From assembly GCA_009914755.4 (NCBI GenBank), contig CP086569.2, forward strand, positions 29,184,001 through 29,248,000: a stretch of 64,000 bases of DNA. The letters are read 5' to 3'. Positions 14,268-62,400 of this stretch are shown here, piece by piece (the stretch's first letter is position 1; every line of letters begins with the position of its first letter). The position numbers and the translations under genes are program-made. Source of the stretch: the human T2T-CHM13v2.0 reference genome, Homo sapiens. The notes beneath the pieces were generated by a model that searched no databases, was not told the DNA's origin, and saw only the letters and a list, made by a program, of their open reading frames with translations.

Positions 14268-15763
14268 ATTGGATTACTTTCCATTCGATTACATTCCATT
14301 CATGTACATTCCATTCCAGTGAATTACAATCGAGTTCATTACATTACATTCCAGTATATTCCATTGTGTTCGATCCCATTCCTTTCAATTCCATTTCATT
14401 CGACTCCATTATATTCGATTCCATTCCACTCGAATCCATTCCATTAGAGGACATTCCATTCCAATGCATTCCATTCCATTCCAAAGCATTCCATTGCATT
14501 CGATTCCATTCCATTTGATGCCATTCCATGACATTCCATTCCATTCGAGTCCATTCCGTTCCAATTCATTCCATTCCGTTTCATGAAATTCGAGTCCTTT
14601 CCATTCCATTTCATTCCAATCCCATCCAATCCAATCTACTCCATTCAATTCCTTTCCATTCCATTTGATTATATTCCATTGATTTGATTCCATTCAGTTT
14701 GATTCCATTCCGTGAAATTTCGTTCCATTCTATTCCATTGCATTACTTTCCATTCAATTCCATTCCATTTCATTTCAGTCCATTCGCTTCCTTTCCTTTC
14801 GATTCAATTCTATTTTATTCCACTCCATTCTATGCGATTTCATTCCAATCGATTCAATTCCATTCGATGACATTCCTTTCGTTTCCATTCCCTTCGAGTC
14901 CATTCAATTTGAGCATTCGTGTCCATTCTATTCGAGTCCATTCCATTACCGTCTATTCTATTCCCTTCCATTCCTGTTGATTCAATTTCATTCCCTTCCA
15001 TTCGATTCCTTTCCATTCGATTCCATTCCTTTCCATTCCATTCCATTCGTTCCCATTCCATGTGATTTCATTCCATTCCAGTCCATTATATTCGAGTCCA
15101 CTCCACTCCATTCTATTACATTCAATTCCTTTTGAGTCCGTTCCATAACACTCCATTCATTTCGATTCCTTTTCTTGCCAGTTTTCTTCCATTTTATTCC
15201 ATTCCGTTCGATTCCATTCCACTCGATTGCATTCCATTCGAATCCTTTCTATTCCATTCCATTTCATTCGATTTGATTCCATTCTGTTCTATTCCATTCA
15301 ATTCTTTTTCATTCCATTCGAATCCTTTCTATTGCAGTCCATTCCATTCGATTCCATTCCAACCCCTTCGATTCCATTCCATTACAGTCCATTCCAATAG
15401 ATTCCATTCCTTTCCCTTTCATTCTAATCCATTCCATTTGTGTCAATTCCTTTCCAATCCATTCGACTGGATTTGATTCTCTTTCATTCTATTTGATTGC
15501 ATGGCATTCCATTCCGTTTGATTCCAGACCATTCAAGAAAGTTCCATTCCAGTCCATTGCTTTCGAGTCCATTCCATTCTACTCTAGTCTATTCCATTCC
15601 ATTCCTTTCCATTCCATTCCATACTATTCCATTCCATTCCTTTGCATTCCGTTTCCAATCTATTCGAGTCCATTGCATTCCAGTCCAATCCATTCGATTA
15701 TATTCCTTTTAATTCCCTGCTAGTCGATTGCATTGCATACTAGACCATTCCAAAGGAGTCCAT
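14268..15763 (+). repeat. DYZ1-like HSat3 HOR copy A5, truncated at junction 1 after ~1.5 kb; degenerate edge copy
   Basis: Begins at the marker at 14268. Relative to A4 it carries a 25-bp deletion near 15240, a further ~50-bp deletion near 15400-15460 and many substitutions. Ends abruptly at ...ggagtccat. Confidence 0.7.
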
Positions 15764-15765
15764 AT
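15762..15765. other. Junction 1: HSat3 (DYZ1-like) to AT-rich segment of the 2.4 kb composite satellite; breakpoint at 15763/15764 with 1 bp (t) of possible microhomology
   Basis: HSat3 homology runs through ...caaaggagtccat (expected continuation tcc). From 15763 the sequence matches the AT-rich segment of the 2.4 kb unit (tatgatat...). Confidence 0.8.
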
Positions 15766-16658
15766 GATATATTATTTAAAGTATGTAATAAAATTATATA
15801 TAACATAATATATGGTTATATGTATTGTATTATATATTTACGTATAATACTATACAGTTATATATAATTTTAAATACTTATATATAATAAAATATAAAAC
15901 ATATATAATATATATCATAAAATATATATTGTATACCATATATATTATGTATCATATATTGTATGTTATATAACATATATTGTATATCATATATCATATA
16001 TTACAAGGTATATATAACACATTCCACATATTGTATATTATAAGGAATTTATAATATATGACATACGTTTTATTACATATAATAAATTCTACGTTATATG
16101 TAACATAGAATATATTCTATGTAACATGTGTATCCTATATCAAATATGTAATATATAACATATATTATTTATAATTAATAACATAGACATATAATATATA
16201 TATAATACATGTATTATACATACAAAGTATTATATATAATATATAATACATATCATATATATGTCATAAAATATAATATATATTATATGTCATATATTAT
16301 ATATACAGTTATATATTATTATATGTTTTTTTATATTATATATAACCAGATATAATATATATTAACTATAGTGAATGTTATATATAACGTAGATATAATA
16401 TATATAATGTATATTATATACTTAATACGTACATTAACCATATAATATATTTGGTATATGATATATAATATATATTATATATGTCATAAAATATAATTAT
16501 TATATGTCATAGTGTATAAATATAATAGTTATACATTACCAGTTATTATAATACATATAATATATATAATATAAATGCAGGATGTAAAACAGTATTATAT
16601 ATATATGTTACATATATTATATATATGATTCTATATATTATTATATACATAATGTATA
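15764..16658 (+). repeat. Edge piece U0: 895 bp of the AT-rich segment only (5'-truncated unit), strongly diverged from interior units
   Basis: Aligns by eye to the distal ~900 bp of the AT-rich segment of interior units (e.g. ~18160-19078), but with many substitutions and indels. Confidence 0.7.
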
Positions 16659-19078
<2,420 letters not shown>

Positions 19079-19653
19079 CGTATGTTTGTGGGTGCCCTTT
19101 TTCCCATCTCATAACTTGTTTTAAGAAGCGCAGCCTAATAACGTGTGGGCTTGGGATTCAGTTCTTGAAACAAAACTCTGAGCCTTCAATGACCTTTCGG
19201 TCTATGTAAAAGCACTCCTGTCTTCCTGGCAGCAGTTGGACCTCACAATGTGGATTGTGCCCTCACCCAGCAATGCTTATGCCCTATCGCCATGGTGACG
19301 GAATTAGGGGTCTCCTGCTCTTCGTCCTAAGGACCACTGTCTGTGCTGTGTCTTTCAAAGGTCAGAAGAGATTGAACCTTTGTGGTTTTATTTTCCCTGA
19401 GTTTGCTTTTTCTCATGGGGAACCTGTGTTGCTGCTTTGAAGGTATATTCATACTGGCCTTTCAAATGCCAACTCTTCAAATTACTAGTTAAGGCTTTCA
19501 AAATATGTTATTTAAAAAATTATCCTCTGTATTTTCCATATGCAGTTATAAGTAGGTTTCATGGTTATGTTTTATTCCTCAGTTTATACATTTGATTATT
19601 GTACCAAGCAGAGTACCTTTGAAATTTTTTTTCATTTAAAAAATATGGATCTT
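19079..19653 (+). other. Representative ~575 bp non-AT segment of the composite unit (origin unidentified); contains a conserved 61-codon ORF (19255..19440) that is very probably non-coding
   Basis: Moderate-GC unique-looking sequence, gtatgtttgtgggtgccc...aaaatatggatctt, present in every unit immediately 5' of the Alu fragment. Confidence 0.7.
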
Positions 19654-23929
<4,276 letters not shown>

Positions 23930-26347
23930 CGTATGTTTGTGGGTGCCCTTTTTCCCATCTCATAACTTGTTTTAAGAAGCGCAGCCTAATAACGTGTGGG
24001 CTTGGGATTCAGTTCTTGAAACAATACTCTGAGCCTTCAATGACCTTTCGGTCTATGTAAAAGCACTCCTGTCTTCCTGGCAGCAGTTGGACCTCACAAT
24101 GTGGATTGTGCCCTCACCCAGCAATGTTTATGCCCTTTCGCCATGGTGACGGAATTAGGGGTCTCCTGCTCTTCGTCCTAAGGACCACTGTCTGTGCTGT
24201 GTCTTTCAAAGGTCAGAAGAGATTGAACCTTTGTGGTTTTATTTTCCCTGAGTTTGCTTTTTCTCATGGGGAACCTGTGTTGCTGCTTTGAAGGTATATT
24301 CATACTGGCCTTTCAAATGCCAACTCTTCAAATTACTAGTTAAGGCTTTCAAAATATGTTATTTAAAAAATTATCCTCTGTATTTTCCATATGCAGTTAT
24401 CAGTAGGTTTCATGGTTATGTTTTATTCCTCAGTTTATACATTTGATTATTGTACCAAGCAGAGTACCTTTGAAATTTTTTTTCATTTAAAAATTATGGA
24501 TCTTGGCTCAGGCCTGTAATCCCAGCAAATTTGGAGGCCAAGGCAAGGGGATCACAAAGTGAGGAGATCAAGACCATCCTGGCCAATACAGTGAAACGCT
24601 GTCACTACTAAAAATCCAAAAAATTAGCTAGGCATGGTGGCAGCTGCTGTAGTCCCAGTGTGGTGTAGTCCCAGCTACCTGGGAGGCTGAGGGAGGACAA
24701 TCGCTTGGACCCGTGAGGCAGATGTTGCAGTGAGCAAAGCTGGCGCCATTGTACTCCACCCTGTGCAACAGGACAAGACTCTGTCTAAAAAAAAATTATA
24801 GATGATATATATTACATGTTATGTGCTATGCCTTATATGTAACATATAACCTCATATATTTTATATGTCATAGTATATAATATTTATCCGGTGTCATCTT
24901 ATATATACTATATATATTACATAACATATATAATATATAATACATATTATACATCTTATATATGAAATTATATAATTATAGATAACATAATACACATTTA
25001 TATGTATTATGATATATAACAAAGGTACTATATCATATATGATATATAATATATATATTTGTAGTACATATTATAATTTTTACATATTATAATTTATATA
25101 ATTATATAATTTTTTATAGAATATAAATAATTATATATGATTATATAATTCTATATATTATAAATGAAAATATGTAGAATTACATGTTTATCTAGTTATA
25201 TGTATAATAATATAATTATATATAGTTATATATATCACATAATAGACAACATACATATTATATAATGTATAATATATATTATAGAATATATGATACATGA
25301 TATATATGATATTTAATATAACATAATATAATCTATATTATAATATTATGTATGTTACTTATATTGGGTGATACGTAATATATATTATGTAATAAGAAAT
25401 AATATAATATATATTATATTATGATATTTTATGTAAATTATGTTATAAAAGTATATATAACATAATATATAGTTATATATAATATATTATATAGTTATAT
25501 ATATTATATTACATATTTACATAAAATATTATACAGTTATATATAATTTCAAATAGTTATATATAACAGAATATAAAACATATAGAATACATATCATAAA
25601 ATATATATTGTATACCATATATATTAGGTATCATATATTGTATGTTATATATCACATACTGTATATCATATATCATATATTATATGTTATATATATCACA
25701 TTCCACATATTGTATATTATAATTTATACATAATATATTGCATTCTTTATTTTACATGTAATAAATTATACATTATAGGTAACATAGTATATATTGTATG
25801 TAACCGGTATATTCTATGTAAAATATATAATATATAACATATGTGACATGTAATTAATAACATAGTCATATAATATATATTTAATATAGGTATTATACAT
25901 ACAACGTATTATATATAATATATAATATGTATTACATATGTCATAAAATATAATATATATTATATGTCGCATTTTATATATACAATTATATATTATTATA
26001 TGTTGTTTTATACTATATATAACATAGACATAATATATATATTATGCATAATGGTTATTTTGTATAGCAGATATATTATATATAATATATATAATGTATA
26101 ATTTATATTTAATACGTATATTAACCGTATAATATATTCTATATATGATATATAACATATATAATATATGTCATAAATTATAATATATACTATATGTCAT
26201 ATTGTATAAATATAAAACTTACATATTATCAATTATTATATTTTATACAATATATATAATATAAGATGCAGGATGTAAAACAATATTATACCTAGGTTAT
26301 ATATATTATATATATGATACTGTATATTATTATATACATAATGTATA
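23930..26347 (+). repeat. 2.4 kb composite unit U4 (2418 bp)
   Basis: Phased as above. Confidence 0.8.
24505..24795 (+). mobile_element. Alu copy embedded in unit U4
   Basis: As above. Confidence 0.9.
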
Positions 26348-33602
<7,255 letters not shown>

Positions 33603-36022
33603 CGTATGTTTGTGGGTGCCCTTTTTCCCATCTCATAACTTGTTTTAAGAAGCGCAGCCTAATAACGTGTGGGCTTGGGATTCAGTTCTTGAAACAATAC
33701 TCTGAGCCTTCAATGACCTTTCGGTCTATGTAAAAGCACTCCTGTCTTCCTGGCAGCAGTTGGACCTCACAATGTGGATTGTGCCCTCACCCAGCAATGT
33801 TTATGCCCTTTCGCCATGGTGACGGAATTAGGGGTCTCCTGCTCTTCGTCCTAAGGACCACTGTCTGTGCTGTGTCTTTCAAAGGTCAGAAGAGATTGAA
33901 CCTTTGTGGTTTTATTTTCCCTGAGTTTGCTTTTTCTCATGGGGAACCTGTGTTGCTGCTTTGAATGTATATTCATACTGGCCTTTCAAATGCCAACTCT
34001 TCAAATTACTAGTTAAGGCTTTCAAAATATGTTATTTAAAAAATTATCCTCTGTATTTTCCATATGCAGTTATAAGTAGGTTTCATGGTTATGTTTTATT
34101 CCTCAGTTTATACATTTGAATATTGTACCAAGCAGATTACCTTTGAAATTTTTTTTCATTTAAAAAATATGGATCTTGGCTCAGGCCTGTAATCCCAGCA
34201 AATTTGGAGGCCAAGGCAAGGGGATCACAAGGTGAAGAGATCAAGACCATCCTGGCCAATACAGTGAAACGCTGTCACTACTAAAAATTCAAAAAATTAA
34301 CTAGGCATGGTGGCAGCTGCTGTAGTCCCAGTGTGGTGTAGTCCCAGCTACCTGGGAGGCTGAGGGAGGACAATCGCTTGGACCCGTGAGGCAGATGTTG
34401 TAGTGAGCAAAGATGGCGCCGTTGTACTCCACCCTGTGCAACAGGACAAGACTCTGTCTAAAAAAAAATTATATATGATATATATTACATGTTATGTGCT
34501 ATGCCTTATATGTAACATATAACCTCATATATTTTATATGTCATAGTATATAATATTTATCCTGGGTCATCTTATATATACTATATATATTACATAACAT
34601 ATATACTACATGATACATATTATACATCTTATATATGAAATTATATAATTATAGGTAACATAATACACATTTATATGTATTATGATATATAACAAAGGTA
34701 CTATATCATATATGATATATAATATATATATTTGTAGTACATATTATAATTTTTATATATTATAATTTATATAATGATATAATTTTTTATAGAATATAAA
34801 TAATTATATATGATTATATAATTCTATATATTATAAATGAAAATATGTAGAATTACATGTTTATCTAGTTATATGTATAATAATATAATTATATATATAG
34901 TTATATATATCACATAATAGACAACATACATATTATATAATGTATAATATATATTATAGAATATATGATACATGATATATATGGTATTTAATATAACATA
35001 ATATAATCTATATTATAATATTATGTATGTTACTTATATTGGGTGATATGTAATATATATTATGTAATATGAAATAATATACTATATATTATATTATGAT
35101 ATTTCATGTAAATGATGTTATAAAAGTATATATAACATAATATATAGTTATATATAATATATTATATAGTTATATATATTATATTTCATATTTACATAAA
35201 ATATTATACAGTTATATATAATTTCAAATAGTTATATATAACAGAATATAAAACATATAGGATACATATCATTAAATATATATTGTATACCATATATATT
35301 AGGTATCATATATTGTATGTTATATATCATATACTGTATATCATATATCATATATTATATGTTATATATATCACATTCCACATATTGTATATTAGAAATT
35401 ATACATAATATGTTGCATTCTTTATTTTACATGTAATAAATTATACATTATAGGTAACATAGTATATATTGTATGTAACCGGTATATTCTATGTAAAATA
35501 TATAATATATAACACATGTGACATGTAATTAATAACATAGTCATATAATATATATTTAATATAGGTATTATACATACAACGTATTATGTATAATATATAA
35601 TATATATTACATATGTTATAAAATATAATATATATTATATGTCGCATTTTATATATACAATTATATATTATTATTTGTTGTTTTCTACTATATATAACAT
35701 AGACATAATATATATATTGTGCATAATGGGTATTATATATAACAGATATATTATATATAATATATATAATGTATAATTTATATTTAATACGTATATTAAC
35801 CGTATAATATATTCTATATATGATATATAACATATATTATATATGACATAAATTATAATATATACTATATGTCTTATTGTATAAATATAAAACTTATATA
35901 TTATCAATTATTATATTTTATACAATATAAATAATATAAGATGCAGGATGTAAAACAATATTATACATAGGTTATATATATTATATATATGATACTGTAT
36001 ATTATTATATACATAATGTATA
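33603..36022 (+). repeat. 2.4 kb composite unit U8 (2420 bp); subtype alpha/F
   Basis: Phased as above; shares private variants with U10 (ccctttcgcc, tttcatgtaaatgatg, acatgatacat, tttgttgttttctac, attgtgcataatgg). Confidence 0.8.
34178..34468 (+). mobile_element. Alu copy embedded in unit U8
   Basis: As above. Confidence 0.9.
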
Positions 36023-55365
<19,343 letters not shown>

Positions 55366-55885
55366 ATGAAATGGAATGGAATTGAATGGAAAGTAATGCA
55401 ATGGAATAGAATGGAACGAAATTTCACGGAATGGAATCAAACTGAATGGAATCAAATCAATGGAATCTAATCAAATGGAATGGAAAGGAATTGAATGGAG
55501 TAGATTGGATTGGATGGGATTGGAATGAAATGTACTGGAAAGGACTCGAATTTCATGAAACGGAATGGAATGAATTGGAACGGAATGGACTCGAATGGAA
55601 TGGAATGTCATGGAATGGCATCAAATGGAATGGCATCAAATGGAATGGAATCGAATGCAATGGAATGCTATGGAATGGAATGGAATGCATTGGAATGGAA
55701 TGTCCTCTAATGGAATGGATTCGAGTGGAATGGAATCGAATATAATGGAGTCGAATGAAATGGAATTGAAAGGAATGGGATCGAATAGAATGGAATATAC
55801 TGGAATGTAATGTAATGAACTCGAATGTAATTGACTGGAATGGAATGTACATGAATGGAATGTAATCGAATGGAAAGTAATCCAA
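55366..55885 (-). repeat. Inverted DYZ1-like HOR copy C1, truncated at junction 2 about 520 bp after the phase marker
   Basis: Reverse complement of the marker (ggaaagtaatccaa) at 55872..55885; identical over its length to the corresponding part of copy C2. Confidence 0.72.
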
Positions 55886-58800
55886 TGGAATAGAATCTAA
55901 TGCAATAAAATCGACTCAGATAGAGTAGAATGGAATGGAATGGAGTGCAGTGCAATGGAATGGAATGGAATGGAATGCAATGGAATGGAATGGAATGGAA
56001 TGGAATGGAATGGGATGGAATGGTATGGAATGGATATTAATGGACTGGAGTGAAATGGACTGGAAAGGAATGGACTCAAATTGAAAGGGCTCGAAAGGAA
56101 TGGAGTCCAATGGAATGGTCTGGAATGGAATGAACACGAATGTAATGCAATCCAATAGAATGGAATCGAATGGCATGGAATATAAAGAAATGGAATCGAA
56201 GAGAATGGAAACAAATGGAATGGAATTGAATGGAATGGAATTGAATGGAATGGGAACGAATGGAGTGAAATTGTATGCAGTAGAAGAGAATAGAATGGAA
56301 TGCAAGCGAAAGGAAAGGAATGGATTGGAATGGAATGGAATTCATTGGAATGGAAGGGAATGTAGTGTAATGGACAGGCCTGGAATAAAGTGGAATGCTA
56401 CGGTCTCGAATGGAATAAAAATGTATGGAATGGAATGTAATGAAACGGAATCGAATGTCATAGAATGTAATGGAATGCAAAAAAATGGAATCCAAAAACA
56501 TTGACTGGAAAGGCTGGGTGTCGAAAGGAATTGACTCCAATGGAATGGAATCGAATGGAATGGAAGTGAATAGAATCAAACTAAATCGAATGGAATGGAA
56601 TTGATAGGAACGGAATGGAAAGGAATGCAATGATTTGGCATGGAATGGAATCGAATGGCATCGAATGGAATGGAATGGAATGCAATGGAATGGAATGTAT
56701 TAGAATGTAATGAACTTTAATGGAATGTACTCGAATGGATTCGACTGGAATGGAATGTTCTGGAAGTGAATGGACTCCAATGGAATGGATTCGAAAGGAA
56801 TGGAATCGAACGGAATGGAATCTAATGGAATGGAATTAAATGGAAATGAATCAAATTGAATAGCACGGAATTGAATTGAATGGAATGGAATGCAATGGAA
56901 TCTAATGAAACGGAAAGGAAAGGAATGGAATGGAATGGAATGGGCTGGAATGGAAAGGAATCGAAACGAATGGAATGGAATCGAACTGAAGAGACTGGAA
57001 TGGAATGCACTGGAATGGAAGGGAGTGTAATGGAAGGTTCTCGAAAAAAATGGTATCGAATGGAATGGAATTGAATAGAACGGAATAGAGTCGAATGGAA
57101 TTGAATGGAATGGAATGGACTAGAGTGAAATGGAATCGAACCACAAGGAATGGACAGGAATAGAATGGTCTCGAATTGAATGGAATCGTATGGAATGGCA
57201 TCAAAAGGAATGGAATGGACAGCCACGGAATGGAATGCACTCGAATGCAATGGAGTCGAAACTAATGGACTGGAATAGAATGGACTCGACTGGTACGGAC
57301 TCCAATGGAATGGAATCGAATGGAAGGGAATCGAACGGAATGGACTCGAAGGGAAAAGACTGCAATGGAAAGGTCTCGAATGGAATGGAAATTAATGGAA
57401 TGGAATGGAATCGAATGAAATGGAGTCAAAAGGAATGGAATCGAATGGCAAGAAATCGAATGTAATGGAATCGCAAGGAATTGATGTGAACGGAACGGAA
57501 TGGAATGGAATCCAAAGGAATGGAATAGAATGGAATGGAATCGAATGGAAAGGACTCGAATGGAAATCACTCGAATAGAATGCAATTTAATAAAATAGGA
57601 TCAAATGGAATGGAATGGAATGGAAAGGAATCGAAACGAAAGGAATGGAGACAGATGGAATGGAATGGAACAGAGAGCAATGGTATAGAATGGAATGCAA
57701 TCATCTGGAATGGAATTGAATGGAATGGAATAATATGAAATGGAATGGAATGGAATGGAATGCCCTTGAATTAAATGGACTGGAATGGAATGGACTCGAA
57801 CAGAGTGGAATGGTAAGTGTTGAGATAGAATGGAATGGACTCCTTTGGAATGGTCTAGTATGCAATGCAATCGACTGGCAGGGAGTCAAAAGGAATGTAA
57901 TCGAATGGATTGGACTGGAATGCAATGGACTCGAATAGATTGGAAACGGAATGCAAAGGAATGGAATGGAATAGTATGGAATGGAATGGAAAGGAATGGA
58001 GTGGAATAGACTAGAGTGGAATGGAATGGACTGGAAAGCAATGGACTGGAATGGAACTTTCTTGAATGGACTGGAATCAAACGGAATGGAATGCAATGCA
58101 ATCAAATGGCATGGAATAAAATAGAATGAAAGAGAATCAAATGGAATTGAATCGAATGGAATCGAATGGATTGGAAAGGAATAGAATGGAATGGAATGGA
58201 ATTGACTCAAATGGAATGGACTAGAATGGAATGGATTCGAATGGAAGGCAAAGGAATGGAATCTATTGGAATGGACTGTAATGGAATGGAATGGAAGGGA
58301 TTGGAATGGACTCGAATGGAATGGACTGCAATAGAAAGGATTCGAATGGAATGAAAAAGAAATGAATGGAATAGAACAGAATGGAATCAAATCGAATGAA
58401 ATGGAATGGAATAGAAAGGAATGGAATGAAATGGAATGGAAAGGATTCGAATGGAATGCAATCGAATGGAATGGAATCGAACGGAATGGAATAAAATGGA
58501 AGAAAACTGGCAAGAAATGGAATCGAAAGGAATGGAGTGTTATGGAACGGACTCAAAAGGAATTGAATGTAATAGAGTGGAGTGGAGTGGACTCGAATAT
58601 AATGGACTGGAATGGAATGAAATCACATGGAATGGGAACGAATGGAATGGAATGGAAAGGAATGGAATCGAATGGAAAGGAATCGAATGGAAGGGAATGA
58701 AATTGAATCAACAGGAATGGAAGGGAATAGAATAGACGGTAATGCAATGGACTCGAATAGAATGGACACGAATTCTCAAATTGAATGGACTCGAATGGAA

Positions 58801-59434
58801 TGGAAACGAAAGGAATGTCATTGAATGGAATTGAATCGATTGGAATAAAATCGCATAGAATGGAGTGGAATCAAATGGAATTGAATCGAAAGGAAAGGAA
58901 GCGAATGGACTGAAATGAAATGGAATGGAATTGAATGGAAAGTAATGCAATGGAATAGAATGGAACGAAATTTCACGGAATGGAATCAAACTGAATGGAA
59001 TCAAATCAATGGAATCTAATCAAATGGAATGGAAAGGAATTGAATGGAGTAGATTGGATTGGATGGGATTGGAATGAAATGTAATGGAAAGGACTCGAAT
59101 TTCATGAAACGGAATGGAATGAATTGGAACGGAATGGACTCGAATGGAATGGAATGTCATGGAATGGCATCAAATGGAATGGCATCAAATGGAATGGAAT
59201 CGAATGCAATGGAATGCTATGGAATGGAATGGAATGCATTGGAATGGAATGTCCTCTAATGGAATGGATTCGAGTGGAATGGAATCGAATATAATGGAGT
59301 CGAATGAAATGGAATTGAAAGGAATGGGATCGAATAGAATGGAATATACTGGAATGTAATGTAATGAACTCGAATGTAATTGACTGGAATGGAATGTACA
59401 TGAATGGAATGTAATCGAATGGAAAGTAATCCAA
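55886..59434 (-). repeat. Inverted DYZ1-like HOR copy C2 (3549 bp)
   Basis: Marker-to-marker interval on the minus strand. Confidence 0.75.
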
Positions 59435-62400
59435 TGGAATAGAATCTAATGCAATAAAATCGACTCAGATAGAGTAGAATGGAATGGAATGGAGTGCAGT
59501 GCAATGGAATGGAATGGAATGGAATGCAATGGAATGGAATGGAATGGAATGGAATGGAATGGGATGGAATGGTATAGAATGGATATTAATGGACTGGAGT
59601 GAAATGGACTGGAAAGGAATGGACTCAAATTGAAAGGGCTCGAAAGGAATGGAGTCCAATGGAATGGTCTGGAATGGAATGAACACGAATGTAATGCAAT
59701 CCAATAGAATGGAATCGAATGGCATGGAATATAAAGAAATGGAATCGAAGAGAATGGAAACAAATGGAATGGAATTGAATGGAATGGAATTGAATGGAAT
59801 GGCAACGAATGGAGTGAAATTGTATGCAGTAGAAGAGAATAGAATGGAATGCAAGCGAAAGGAAAGGAATGGATTGGAATGGAATGGAATTCATTGGAAT
59901 GGAAGGGAATGTAGTGTAATGGACAGGCCTGGAATAAAGTGGAATGCTACGGTCTCGAATGGAATAAAAATGTATGGAATGGAATGTAATGAAACGGAAT
60001 CGAATGTCATAGAATGTAATGGAATGCAAAAAAATGGAATCCAAAAACATTGACTGGAAAGGCTGGGTGTCGAAAGGAATTGACTCCAATGGAATGGAAT
60101 CGAATGGAATGGAAGTGAATAGAATGGAACTAAATCGAATGGAATGGAATTGATTGGAACGGAATGGAAAGGAATGCAATGATTTGGCATGGAATGGAAT
60201 CGAATGGCATCGAATGGAATGGAATGGAATGCAATGGAATGGAATGTATTAGAATGTAATGAACTTTAATGGAATGTACTCGAATGGATTCGACTGGAAT
60301 GGAATGTTCTGGAAGTGAATGGACTCCAATGGAATGGATTCGAAAGGAATGGAATTGAACGGAATGGAATCTAATGGAATGGAATTAAATGGAAATGAAT
60401 CAAATTGAATAGCACGGAATTGAATTGAATGGAATGGAATGCAATGGAATCTAATGAAACGGAAAGGAAAGGAATGGAATGGAATGGAATGGGCTGGAAT
60501 GGAAAGGAATCGAAACGAATGGAATGGAATCGAACTGAAGAGACTGGAATGGAATGCACTGGAATGGAAGGGAGTGTAATGGAAGGTTCTCGAAAAAAAT
60601 GGTATCGAATGGAATGGAATTGAATAGAACGGAATAGAGTCGAATGGAATTGAATGGAATGGAATGGACTAGAGTGAAATGGAATCGAACCACAAGGAAT
60701 GGACAGGAATAGAATGGTCTCGAATTGAATGGAATCGTATGGAATGGCATCAAACGGAATGGAATGGACAGCCACGGAATGGAATGCACTCGAATGCAAT
60801 GGAGTCGAAACTAATGGACTGGAATCGAATGGACTCGACTGGTACGGACTCCAATGGAATGGAATCGAATGCAAGGGAATCGAACGGAATGGACTCGAAG
60901 GGAAAAGACTGCAATGGAAAGGTCTCGAATGGAATGGAAATTAATGGAATGGAATGGAATCGAATGAAATGGAGTCAAAAGGAATGGAATCGAATGGCAA
61001 GAAATCGAATGTAATGGAATCGCAAGGAATTGATGTGAACGGAACGGAATGGAATGGAATCCAAAGGAATGGAATAGAATGGAATGGAATCGAATGGAAA
61101 GGACTCGAATGGAAATCACTCGAATAGAATGCAATTTAATAAAATAGGATCAAATGGAATGGAATGGAATGGAAAGGAATCGAAACGAAAGGAATGGAGA
61201 CAGATGGAATGGAATGGAACAGAGAGCAATGGTATAGAATGGAATGGAATCATCTGGAATGGAATTGAATGGAATGGAATAATATGAAATGGAATGGAAT
61301 GGAATGGAATGCCCTTGAATTAAATGGACTGGAATGGAATGGACTCGAACAGAGTGGAATGGAAAGTGTTGAGATAGAATGGAATGGACTCCTTTGGAAT
61401 GGTCTAGTATGCAATGCAATCGACTGGCAGGGAATCAAAAGGAATGTAATCGAATGGATTGGACTGGAATGCAATGGACTCGAATAGATTGGAAACGGAA
61501 TGCAAAGGAATGGAATGGAATAGTATGGAATGGAATGGAAAGGAATGGAGTGGAATAGACTAGAGTGGAATGGAATGGACTGGAAAGCAATGGACTGGAA
61601 TGGAACTTTCTTGAATGGACTGGAATCAAACGCAATGGAATGCAATGCAATCAAATGGCATGGAATAAAATAGAATGAAAGAGAATCAAATGGAATTGAA
61701 TCGAATGGAATCGAATGGATTGGAAAGGAATAGAATGGAATGGAATGGAATTGACTCAAATGGAATGGACTAGAATGGAATGGATTCGAATGGAAGGCAA
61801 AGGAATGGAATCTATTGGAATGGACTGTAATGGAATGGAATGGAAGGGATTGGAATGGACTCGAATGGAATGGACTGCAATAGAAAGGATTCGAATGGAA
61901 TGAAAAAGAATTGAATGGAATAGAACAGAATGGAATGAAATCGAATGAAATGGAATGGAATAGAAAGGAATGGAATGAAATGGAATGGAAAGGATTCGAA
62001 TGGAATGCAATCGAATGGAATGGAATCGAACGGAATGGAATAAAATGGAAGAAAACTGGCAAGAAATGGAATCGAAATGAATGGAGTGTTATGGAACGGA
62101 CTCAAAAGGAATTGAATGTAATAGAATGGAGTGGAGTGGACTCGAATATAATGGACTGGAATGGAATGAAATCACATGGAATGGGAACGAATGGAATGGA
62201 ATGGAAAGGAATGGAATCGAATGGAAAGGAATCGAATGGAAGGGAATGAAATTGAATCAACAGGAATGGAAGGGAATAGAATAGACGGTAATGGAATGGA
62301 CTTGAATAGAATGGACACGAATGCTCAAATTGAATGGACTCGAATGGAATGGAAACGAAAGGAATGTCATCGAATGGAATTGAATCGATTGGAATGAAAT

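Larger units (their letters stand above)
1..15763. repeat. HSat3-type pentameric satellite array, (CATTC/ATTCC)n on the + strand, organised as a ~3.5 kb higher-order repeat (DYZ1-like); about 4.4 HOR copies; window starts mid-array
   Basis: Sequence is almost entirely degenerate CCATT/CATTC pentamers. A marker motif ttggattactttcc recurs at 114, 3633, 7167, 10721 and 14268 (periods 3519, 3534, 3554, 3547). The ORF track shows the same artefactual ORFs recurring at these spacings. Confidence 0.92.

Noticed and set aside
35489-35907. ORFs of 74-114 aa on the minus strand inside AT-rich segments (e.g. 35489..35833, 35671..35907, 40437..40670, 42940..43164)
   Set aside because: I/Y/N-rich translations of ~88% A+T low-complexity DNA. 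They are present only in units where a chance stop is missing, with no conservation of frame across units.
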